NCBI GenBank assembly: GCA_009779835.1
Contig: WRBD01000002.1
Coordinates: 20,622-84,621 of the forward strand
Reading direction: 5' to 3'
Length of the DNA: 64,000 nucleotides
DNA from: Defluviitaleaceae bacterium
Lineage (GTDB): Bacteria > Bacillota > Clostridia > Lachnospirales > WQUN01
The translations under genes and the position numbers were made by a program. Of this stretch, positions 28,772-37,090 are shown in pieces. Positions within the stretch are counted from its first letter, which is position 1; each line of letters starts with the position of its first letter. The notes below the pieces were generated by a model. It was not told the DNA's origin and did no database searches. It saw only the letters and a list, made by a program, of their open reading frames with translations.

Positions 28772-29626
28772 TTAATGTTTAGTATATCTTACCCATATAT
28801 CATAAGGTGCATCGATTCTTACTGAATTACGTGAGGTAAAAAACACTAAGCTTCCACCACCAGGATGATTAAGTGGGGTTAGCCCCACTATAGCGTGATA
28901 ACGCCCTCCAATGCTCGCTCCAATAGGTATACGATAACCGTTTCCGAAATCCCACCAGCCACCACATGATATAATAGATGCATTACTTGAGTTTAAATTT
29001 GACGATAAAGAAGTTTCAATTTCTACATTCGAATCGGCTGTAATTGTTCCGGCAAATCGCTGTCCATAGCTACCATCTGCAAATTTATACTCTGTGCCGA
29101 TTTCCCATAAATGAGGGCTATTCATTAAATCAGGTAGTAATGAATTGATTGCTATAATAGCGAATCTCATTCCTTCATCTAATGTGTTATCAACAAGAGA
29201 TAAAATTGAAAAATTTACAACATCTTCTTTTTGTAAATAAACACTTGTAGATACACTTGACGCTCCTACTGTCTCCCAGCCATTGAACGTAATAATATTT
29301 CCATTTACCCAAATATAACTTATATTTAATGGAGAGTTTGATGTAGCCACTCCATTACCAAGCGATATGAAATACCAACCATCGTTTGGAATAATAACAT
29401 TATTATCATCTACTAAGTCGATATCTCCTACCAAAGAGGAATTATCAATTGGCTTCGTAACATTAGTTCCTGCTACCATTGTTACGCTTTCAAACGCTCC
29501 TTGTACTCCCCATGAAACGACTGCATTATTAGCCAGTACATATGAGGGTGCAAAAATAAACCCCAGTGCTAATATCGACAATAATACTTTTCGAACAAAC
29601 CTGCCTTTGTTTTTTACATCTTTCAT
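28772..29626 (-). CDS. Hypothetical secreted protein (284 aa)
   Basis: Signal peptide KVLLSILALGFIFAPSYVLA. Asn/Ser/Gly-rich, beta-type composition with no recognised motif. Lies in AT-rich surroundings. Confidence 0.45.
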   Translation of the reverse strand: MKDVKNKGRFVRKVLLSILALGFIFAPSYVLANNAVVSWGVQGAFESVTMVAGTNVTKPIDNSSLVGDIDLVDDNNVIIPNDGWYFISLGNGVATSNSPLNISYIWVNGNIITFNGWETVGASSVSTSVYLQKEDVVNFSILSLVDNTLDEGMRFAIIAINSLLPDLMNSPHLWEIGTEYKFADGSYGQRFAGTITADSNVEIETSLSSNLNSSNASIISCGGWWDFGNGYRIPIGASIGGRYHAIVGLTPLNHPGGGSLVFFTSRNSVRIDAPYDIWVRYTKH

Positions 29627-29947
29627 TGAAAATGCTCCTTTTCGGTTTTTTTAGTTTTTGTAAACGGATTTTCTGCGATTATACTTACTTACTACAATAC
29701 TCCCTCCTTATTCTCAAAATGCATTAGCCGATTTCCAGTTATAGAAATAGGGTAAAGTAGACAAGGAATACCAAAATCGCTTATGGGTTATCATAAGAAT
29801 TATCAACTTGCCCTTATCGGCTAATGAATTATAGGGCTAGCGGCTAGCTCTTGTCAACATTATTTTGGAATGTCAAGCATTCCTGTTAGTGTGAAAGTCG
29901 AGATGTGGGGGCGGAGATCTGAAGGCACAAAAAAAGCCCTCTAAGGA

Positions 29948-30013
29948 CAAGACAGGGGGCGGTTCCGCGTCCTATACATTGAAAATGAGACAAGGAACCG
30001 TCCCCTGTCTTGT
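29948..30013 (-). terminator. Hairpin downstream of the 350-aa gene (copy B of the repeated element)
   Basis: ACAAGACAGGGGGCGGTTCC (29948-29966) pairs with GGAACCGTCCCCTGTCTTGT (29994-30013), 9 nt beyond the stop at 30022. Confidence 0.6.
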
Positions 30014-30021
30014 TGACTGTA

Positions 30022-31074
30022 CTAATCTACATTAGTGCTTTTAGTGTATGTTGTGACTGGCTCGTCTGCTATATAAGCAATAATTTCTAATTGGTTTAAA
30101 CCGGGATTAAGCATTAAATTTATATGCCATAACCTTGGAAACGCTGAATTAAAAGGAATCATATCGAACGGACCAAAGGGAACTCCATTAATTTGAATGT
30201 ATATAGTTACCCGTTCAATGTTTTCTGATGTATCAATAACAATACGCCTATTAGCACCATCCGTTCTTGGATTTAGAGATATAAAAGTATTTATACTTAT
30301 CTCATGCTCGTCCGCAGCTAACGGTTCATGGAGCGGTGATTTAGTGGGTGTTGGCTCAGGGGATGATGGTGGTTCAATGGACGTAGATTCGGATGTTGAC
30401 TCTTGAATTTCCGGCGACTCCGTAGATTCATCATCAGGAAGCTGCTCTTGAGTTGGTTGAGTATCAAGGGTATTAATTATTTCATTTATAATTATTACAC
30501 AACTACTCAAATTTACATCAAGAAGAGTGAGACGAAATTCTCTGCCATTGAATAAGTAGTTGAACGCGCAACCGCTATTCATAGATATTTCATGCCTGTC
30601 TCCGTTATGCTCTACTATGTTTGCGTCAATTTTATAGGATGACCTTACAAAAATTAGACTAAATGTTAAGAAGGTCGTATCGCAAATATGTGCTCGTCCT
30701 TGTCTAACGGTAATTCTGTCACTAACAGGCTCAAGTCTCGGCCCTATGGGCATAGAAGGGTTTTCCATATTATATAACTCTGCTTCTTCTGGAATTGAAG
30801 GGTTTTCTGTGTCATCTGAAGAACCACTTTGCTCTTCAAAATCTGTGGAATACACCTCATTTTCTCCGTTTAAAGCAATTACAGGTATGGAATCCGTATT
30901 CGGATTATCATATGGCGGATTTTTGGGGAACTGCCATGACAATATCATAAGAATAAATGTAATAAGAGCAATAATTATTACAACAATAATTGATACAATA
31001 CCTATTTTTTCGTTTCTCGTCCATTTTCTTTTATTCTTTCCATCCTTTTCAATGTTTTTATCCATTAATATCAT
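30022..31074 (-). CDS. Hypothetical membrane-anchored extracellular protein (350 aa)
   Basis: N-terminal TM segment IGIVSIIVVIIIALITFILMILSW, acidic and Ser/Thr/Pro linkers, and a C-terminal Ig-like-looking segment (...LNPGLNQLEIIAYIADEP...). Confidence 0.45.
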   Translation of the reverse strand: MILMDKNIEKDGKNKRKWTRNEKIGIVSIIVVIIIALITFILMILSWQFPKNPPYDNPNTDSIPVIALNGENEVYSTDFEEQSGSSDDTENPSIPEEAELYNMENPSMPIGPRLEPVSDRITVRQGRAHICDTTFLTFSLIFVRSSYKIDANIVEHNGDRHEISMNSGCAFNYLFNGREFRLTLLDVNLSSCVIIINEIINTLDTQPTQEQLPDDESTESPEIQESTSESTSIEPPSSPEPTPTKSPLHEPLAADEHEISINTFISLNPRTDGANRRIVIDTSENIERVTIYIQINGVPFGPFDMIPFNSAFPRLWHINLMLNPGLNQLEIIAYIADEPVTTYTKSTNVD

Positions 31075-31872
31075 CCCTCAAATTCTACTAATAGCCATTA
31101 TGCACAGCATCATTAGATCTTTCATACATCTGACTATAAAATTATCCACATGTATATAACAGAGCCTAACTAAAGGTATCCCCCGATTAAAGAGAATATC
31201 CGAGAACGCTTCCTTCTGCATTCTTCATGTGTCAAACATTTTTAATAGGCATTCCAATACACATCAACAGAGGGTGTTTTTCAGAGGTATAGCTATTCCA
31301 GTCAAAAACGATCTTACCCTTGTGGTCTTTTTACCGCGATTCTTCGTCGGAATTTCTCTTGCTTTTTCTGTCCGCAGATCTCACAGAATTGTTACCGCAA
31401 GTTCATTCGAAGGAATCTCGCTCCGCACGCTGGTATCTTCCCGGTTCTACTTACATCCTAACGGGACATGGCGCGAAACCCTTCTCATCACGCGGCAAAA
31501 ATACTCGCAATGGCAAGCCTATTTTCAACCGGAACAGCTATAATTGTTCAACTAAATTGAACCCGAGAAATTATTAGCAAACAAATAATAACACAAAAAA
31601 ATAAAATAAATCAATGCTTTTGTCACAATCGGTCACGACAAACGCATGAACACATGAACAAGAAAAACACCTAATATGGTAACCACCTCTCCAACCTACT
31701 CACGCTTAAGCCCACGTTGCCTCTCCGGCTCCAAAGTCTGGATAATGGCTATTGGCCAGACTTTACCATACTTCCACCTACTATAGTCATATTATTTTTA
31801 GATATCCGCTTAAAAAACGAGATTAACATTATATACAACCCAACATTTGTCGGCTAAGTAGTTTTGTAAATT

Positions 31873-34353
31873 TTACCCCTTATCCCACTTACTCCTAAAA
31901 ACAACCTTTCCGTCAACAAACTCTCCGCGTATTTTTTCGCCTTCGCGGAAGCGGCCTTCGAGAATTGCTTCGGCAAGTTCGTCTTCGATTTTACTTTGGA
32001 TTGCGCGGCGAAGCGGGCGTGCGCCATACATTTGGTCGTAACCCTCTTTTGCGATGTGTTCCACCAGTTCATTTGTGTAAATCAAATCGATGTCCATGTT
32101 TTGGCGGATTCTATCTGCGGTTTCGTCAAGCATAAGACGGGTTATTTTTTGAATATCGTCGTTGTCCAGCGGATGGAAAACGATTATATCGTCTATGCGG
32201 TTGATAAACTCGGGGCGGAAGATGTTTTTTACTTCTTCCATCACGAGTTTTTTCATGTCTTCATAGGAGCGGTCTTTGTCGATTTCACTAACAAAGCCCA
32301 GCTTTTTCGGGTTAACAATGGAACGCGCACCCGCATTTGATGTCATTATAATTACGGTGTTTTTGAAATTTATTTTGCGCCCTTGTGAATCTGTGATATG
32401 ACCGTCGTCAAGAACTTGCAACAAAATATTAAAAACATCTGGATGGGCTTTTTCAACTTCGTCGAAAAGAATGACAGAATAAGGCTTGCGGCGAACACGG
32501 TCGGAAAGCTGACCGCCCTCATCGTAACCGACATATCCCGGCGGAGAACCAATCAAACGCGAAACATTATGCTTCTCCATAAATTCGCTCATGTCCACGC
32601 GGATAATCGCGTTTTCGTCACCGAAAAGAATTTCCGCAAGTGCGCGGCATAAATGCGTTTTTCCAACGCCCGTAGGCCCAAGGAAAAGAAACGAACCAAT
32701 CGGCTTGTTCGGGTTTTTCAACCCGACACGCCCGCGACGGATTGCCTTTGAAACGGTTTTAACCGCCGCATCCTGACCGATTACGCGCTCATGAATTGTG
32801 TCTTCCATTTTCATAAGACGCGCGCTTTCTTCCTGCTGCAAACGCTTTACGGGAACGCCCGTTGTTGCAGATAAAACATCCGCGATTTCTTCGCTGTTTA
32901 CAATATGATGAGATTTTGTGTTCGTGTCCTTCCATATTTTTTCTTCTTGTTCAAGCCGTTCTTTTAAGCGGTTTTGTTGTTGCTTTAACATGCCCGCTTT
33001 TTCAAATTCTTCTATTTTGATATGTGCTTCTTTTTCGGTTTCAAGTTCGTTAATTTGCTCCTGTAAAGCCTTGATATTCGGCGGCGCGGTATACGAACGA
33101 AGCCGCACTTTCGACGCGGTTTCGTCTAAAAGGTCGATTGCTTTGTCGGGAAGAAAACGGTCGGAAATATATCGCGCGGAAAGCTCAACCGCGGCTTTTA
33201 TCGCGTCGTCTGTAATTTGTACATTGTGATGCGCTTCATATTTATCACGAATGCCTTTTAATATTTCAATTGCTTCTTCCTCGGAGGGTTCGTCAATCAT
33301 AACCGGCTGGAAACGGCGTTCAAGTGCCGCGTCTTTTTCGATATGCTTACGATATTCGTCAAGCGTCGTCGCGCCGATTACCTGCATTTCGCCGCGTGCA
33401 AGCGCAGGCTTTAAAATATTCGCCGCGTCTAACGCGCCTTCCGCTCCGCCCGCTCCTATTAAAGTATGCAATTCATCTATAAATAAAATTACATTCGGGT
33501 TTGCTTTTACTTCATTTAATACGCGTTTAATCCGCTCCTCGAATTCGCCGCGGTATTTTGTTCCCGCTACCATGCCGGGTAAATCCAGCCCCACAACGCG
33601 TTTGTCTTTCACAGGTTCAGGGACATCGCCGGAAATAATTCTTTGGGCAAGACCTTCCGCAATCGCCGTTTTTCCAACACCGGGGTCACCCACAAGACAC
33701 GGATTATTTTTCGTGCGGCGACTGATAATTTGAATAACACGCTCTGTTTCTTTCGCGCGACCCACAATCGGGTCGAAATGACTTTCCTTTGCCATTTGCG
33801 TAAAATCGCGCGAAAATTTATCCAGCGTAGGCGTGTTAGATTTTTGTCCTTTTTGATTCGTCGCGTTCGGGTTCATTGGAAACGGGAAAGGGGGCGGCCC
33901 TTGCTGATTTGTCTCGCCAAGCATTGTCATGATATCGTCAAACATTTTTTGTGCGTTTACGTTGAACGTAGCAAGAATCGTATTCGCGATAGATTCCGTT
34001 TCTTTCAAAACGGCAATAAGCAAATGCTCCGTGCCGATATAATTTGTTTTCATGCGCATCGCTTCCTGATGACTATGCTCCACGACGCGTTTTGCACGCG
34101 GAGTTAAATCCACAAGCGGATTGCCACCAAGCGTAGGTGTTTCGCCCGCGCCTGTAATATTCATAAGTTCCTTTTCAATGCCCTCGGCGGTAACGCCTTG
34201 CATTTCCAAAACTTTTGCGGCAACACTGTCCTCAACCTGCGCAAGCCCAAGCAACAAATGCTCCGTTCCGCCATGCGAATGGCCGAATTTTTGTGCCGCT
34301 GTTTGCGCATTCTGTATTGCCTGCCGTGCTTTTTCTGTAAAAGGCCCCTTCAT
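31873..34353 (-). CDS. clpC: ATP-dependent Clp protease ATP-binding subunit ClpC
   Basis: Clp_N repeats ([14 protein letters not shown] / [11 protein letters not shown]), two AAA+ modules ([15 protein letters not shown] and [15 protein letters not shown]), a UVR-like linker, and operon order after mcsA-mcsB. Confidence 0.92.
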   Translation of the reverse strand: MKGPFTEKARQAIQNAQTAAQKFGHSHGGTEHLLLGLAQVEDSVAAKVLEMQGVTAEGIEKELMNITGAGETPTLGGNPLVDLTPRAKRVVEHSHQEAMRMKTNYIGTEHLLIAVLKETESIANTILATFNVNAQKMFDDIMTMLGETNQQGPPPFPFPMNPNATNQKGQKSNTPTLDKFSRDFTQMAKESHFDPIVGRAKETERVIQIISRRTKNNPCLVGDPGVGKTAIAEGLAQRIISGDVPEPVKDKRVVGLDLPGMVAGTKYRGEFEERIKRVLNEVKANPNVILFIDELHTLIGAGGAEGALDAANILKPALARGEMQVIGATTLDEYRKHIEKDAALERRFQPVMIDEPSEEEAIEILKGIRDKYEAHHNVQITDDAIKAAVELSARYISDRFLPDKAIDLLDETASKVRLRSYTAPPNIKALQEQINELETEKEAHIKIEEFEKAGMLKQQQNRLKERLEQEEKIWKDTNTKSHHIVNSEEIADVLSATTGVPVKRLQQEESARLMKMEDTIHERVIGQDAAVKTVSKAIRRGRVGLKNPNKPIGSFLFLGPTGVGKTHLCRALAEILFGDENAIIRVDMSEFMEKHNVSRLIGSPPGYVGYDEGGQLSDRVRRKPYSVILFDEVEKAHPDVFNILLQVLDDGHITDSQGRKINFKNTVIIMTSNAGARSIVNPKKLGFVSEIDKDRSYEDMKKLVMEEVKNIFRPEFINRIDDIIVFHPLDNDDIQKITRLMLDETADRIRQNMDIDLIYTNELVEHIAKEGYDQMYGARPLRRAIQSKIEDELAEAILEGRFREGEKIRGEFVDGKVVFRSKWDKG

Positions 34354-34377
34354 TTATGTAGCCTCCTTTGTATTAAA

Positions 34378-35403
34378 TTATTTTTCAAAAATCTCTCTTA
34401 AATATCTTGCGCGTGTTATGTCGCGTTCTTGTTCCGTCATTTCTGTGCCGACGTTTCTTTGCAGATGACCGGGCTGAATTTCCATCATTATTTGATAAAT
34501 CCGTTTTGTAGGTTTAGGTTTTTCCAGAAGCCCTGTGATGTAACCCAGCCGAATGTCAGAGAGTAAATCCATTGCTTCTTTCGCGGAGATTAATCTTGCG
34601 TTGGTAAGAATTCCGTAAGCGCGGTGAACTATGTCTTCGATATAACTTTTGCGTGTGGTTAAAAGATTTTGGCGTGCTTGTCGTTCTTTCTCAATTACAG
34701 ATTGCGTTACGTTTTGCAAACCGAGGATAATATCCTGTTCGGATTTCCCTAAAGTGTTTTGATTCGAGATTTGATAAATACTGCCCATAGGCGCGGTTCC
34801 TTCGCCGTAGATTCCGCGGATTGCAACGCCGAATTTTGTAATTTGCGGCAAGACTGTTGTAGGCAAATCAGATTTTGAAAGACATGGCAGATGAATCATA
34901 TACGAGGCCCGAAGCCCCGTTCCGGTGTTTGTGGGGCAAGCCGTAAGATAGCCGTAGTCTGAGTGAAACGCGAACTCTACGCGCTCTTCTATGAGGTCGT
35001 CTATTTGACCCGCTGTTTCAAATGCGCTTGTCAAGTCTTCGCCCGGCTTAATCGCTTGGATTCGTACATGGTCTTCTTCGTTAAGCATAACGCTTATGCT
35101 TTGGTTGTCGCAGATTAACAATCCTTTTGGAAGATTTCCGTTTATAAACTCCGGGCTGACAATATGCTTTTCCAAAAAAACGGTTTGCTCTGTTTTGCCT
35201 AAGCTTTGCATATCTAAATTTATAAAAAAATGGCTTGCCGAAATAACGGCTTGCGTAGCTTCGGAAACCATTTCGGTCGCGCTTGCGGCAGATAATTTTC
35301 TGCGAAACGGATATTTCTTTATATTTCTCGCAAGCCGTACACGCGAAGACAAAATTTCATTTTCATCCGTAACCGGCTCTTGATACCACGGTACTTTTGT
35401 CAT
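34378..35403 (-). CDS. mcsB: Protein arginine kinase McsB
   Basis: ATP:guanido phosphotransferase motifs (RVRLARNI, EEDHVRIQ, CPTNTGTGLRAS) and position between mcsA and clpC. Confidence 0.9.
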   Translation of the reverse strand: MTKVPWYQEPVTDENEILSSRVRLARNIKKYPFRRKLSAASATEMVSEATQAVISASHFFINLDMQSLGKTEQTVFLEKHIVSPEFINGNLPKGLLICDNQSISVMLNEEDHVRIQAIKPGEDLTSAFETAGQIDDLIEERVEFAFHSDYGYLTACPTNTGTGLRASYMIHLPCLSKSDLPTTVLPQITKFGVAIRGIYGEGTAPMGSIYQISNQNTLGKSEQDIILGLQNVTQSVIEKERQARQNLLTTRKSYIEDIVHRAYGILTNARLISAKEAMDLLSDIRLGYITGLLEKPKPTKRIYQIMMEIQPGHLQRNVGTEMTEQERDITRARYLREIFEK

Positions 35404-35936
35404 GGTGTCTGCCCTCCGTCTTCTCGCTCCAATGCTTTGATTTCGTCGCGAAGCCGCGCGGCTTCTTCGTAGTTTTCTTCTTCAATGGATTTTTTCAGTT
35501 GTGAGCGAAGTTCGGTTACTTGGCGTTTGCTTAGGATTCCCGCACCCATTCTGCGCGGATATTTTCCTTCGTGTCGGGTGCTACCCTGTACGTTTTTTAA
35601 AAGAACTTCAACCTCTTTCGCAAAAGACTGATAGCATACATCACAACCGAGCCGTCCGCCGGTTTTGAATTTGTTAAACGTCATTCCGCAACGCGAACAG
35701 GCTTTTGCGGGCGGACGCACAGGAGCCGGATTACCCGGCGCGGCGGAGTTTACAAAATATTTTGTGTTTAGCTGGTCGAGAAATCCTTTAAAAATATTTT
35801 CAAGCGAAACAAGCATTTCCGGGTTATCAATTTTAAAAGCGCATTCCTGGCATAAATGCAGTTCAACTTTCTGACCGTTCAGAAATTGCTGCATATGCAC
35901 AGACGCGTGGTTCTTTTGGCATCTCTCACACATCAT
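35400..35936 (-). CDS. mcsA: McsA (zinc-finger and UVR-motif activator of McsB)
   Basis: N-terminal CERCQ...CQEC and CSRCG...CDVC zinc fingers, C-terminal UVR motif (IEEENYEEAARLRDEIKAL). 4-nt overlap with mcsB. Confidence 0.8.
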   Translation of the reverse strand: MMCERCQKNHASVHMQQFLNGQKVELHLCQECAFKIDNPEMLVSLENIFKGFLDQLNTKYFVNSAAPGNPAPVRPPAKACSRCGMTFNKFKTGGRLGCDVCYQSFAKEVEVLLKNVQGSTRHEGKYPRRMGAGILSKRQVTELRSQLKKSIEEENYEEAARLRDEIKALEREDGGQTP

Positions 35937-35977
35937 GACCTTTCATTCTCCCTCATTTATGAAGTATCGCCTTGAAA

Positions 35978-36502
35978 TTAGTCAAGTATTCGCCCACAAG
36001 AAAAACAAAATTTGGTTGACATTTCGTTTTCTGTGCTACACACGCGGCATTTTTTTGTGGGTGGCGGCGACATACGCTGTATATCGGGTGGTTCTTCCTG
36101 TTGTGGCTCTGGTGGAATTTCCGCTTCCGTTGCTACCGTTTCTTCTGAAACAATCGGAAACCGCATACCGCATTTTGAACAAAATTCCGATGTCCTGTCA
36201 GATGTTTTTTCGCATTTAGGGCATTTGCGCACACCTTTTAACTCGTCAAGCTGTTCTTTTATTTCGGAAATTTTATTTTCCGTTTCCAAAATCTCCAAAT
36301 ACTTTCCGTCAAACCACTCTCCCAATGAACCGCCGTTTTGATATATCTCATGCACCTTTTTACCAATTTCAGAGTGCAGATTTTTTAATGAACTTTCAGC
36401 GGAAGAAAGGTTCATATTTAACTTCGCCGACTTTAACAAATCGCCCGATGTTTTTGCGGCGGTTTTCGCGGCGTTTGTGATTGTATCGCGTAAGTCGCTC
36501 AT
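35978..36502 (-). CDS. Zinc-ribbon domain protein (coiled-coil N-terminus, two CxxC...CxxC ribbons)
   Basis: CPKCEKTSDRTSEFCSKCG and CRVCSTENEMSTKFCFSCG, separated by a Pro/Glu linker. Occupies the position where ctsR is usually found. Confidence 0.55.
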   Translation of the reverse strand: MSDLRDTITNAAKTAAKTSGDLLKSAKLNMNLSSAESSLKNLHSEIGKKVHEIYQNGGSLGEWFDGKYLEILETENKISEIKEQLDELKGVRKCPKCEKTSDRTSEFCSKCGMRFPIVSEETVATEAEIPPEPQQEEPPDIQRMSPPPTKKCRVCSTENEMSTKFCFSCGRILD

Positions 36503-36574
36503 GGATTATCTCCTTCTTTGATTGACAGCGTAAGTGAATCAACATACAATGACTGTATGAAAGGGGCTGTTTAT

Positions 36575-36913
36575 ATGCCATCTACAAGTATTACCATTCG
36601 TATGGATGAGGATTTGAAAAAGCAAGTTGAAGCATTATTTGACGATATGGGGCTAAATATGACAACGGCTTTTACACTTTTTGCAAAAACGGTTGCCCGT
36701 CAAAGAAAAATCCCGTTTGAGATAGCTGCGAAACCGTTGCCCCCATATGAGCTTGAGACAGAACTTTTACCAGCATTCCCAAATGATATTTCACGCATGA
36801 GCAAAGCAGAATTTGATGCATTGATACAAGAGGGACTGGATTCTATAAAAGCAGGGAGAGTTATACCTGCGGCTCAAATGCGGGAAAAATGGGAGAGGCG
36901 GTTTGGGGCATGA
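36575..36913 (+). CDS. RelB/DinJ-family type II antitoxin
   Basis: MPSTSITIRMDEDLKKQVEALFDDMGLNMTTAFTLFAKTVARQRKIPFEI is a canonical DinJ/RelB ribbon-helix-helix N-terminus. Start trimmed to the Met at 36575. Confidence 0.75.
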   Translation: MPSTSITIRMDEDLKKQVEALFDDMGLNMTTAFTLFAKTVARQRKIPFEIAAKPLPPYELETELLPAFPNDISRMSKAEFDALIQEGLDSIKAGRVIPAAQMREKWERRFGA

Positions 36914-37038
36914 CACGGACGACGCAGTATTCAGATTATTTTGACCGTGACTTAGAAGCAATTTTACCCAATGAAGCACAGGGCATTGTTGATATTATCC
37001 GCGTAGTTTACGGCAGGCGCAACATAGAAAATATTTAA
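36910..37038 (+). pseudogene. Internally deleted RelE/ParE-family toxin remnant (42 codons)
   Basis: Starts in an ATGA overlap with the antitoxin stop. MTRTTQYSDYFDRDLEAIL resembles a ParE N-terminus and IVDIIRVVYGRRNIENI* a ParE C-terminus (compare ILIVRVVHGKRNY in the intact toxin at 39970-40263). The roughly 50 central residues are missing. Confidence 0.5.
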
Positions 37039-37090
37039 ATCCGTATTATCGGGTTGCTGTAATCGCTGTTATCAATGAAAATATCAGTCA

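Noticed and set aside
32918-34468. Plus-strand ORFs of 103-160 aa antisense to clpC
   Set aside because: They are antisense shadows of a highly conserved gene, and their translations are Ser/Arg/Phe-rich nonsense.
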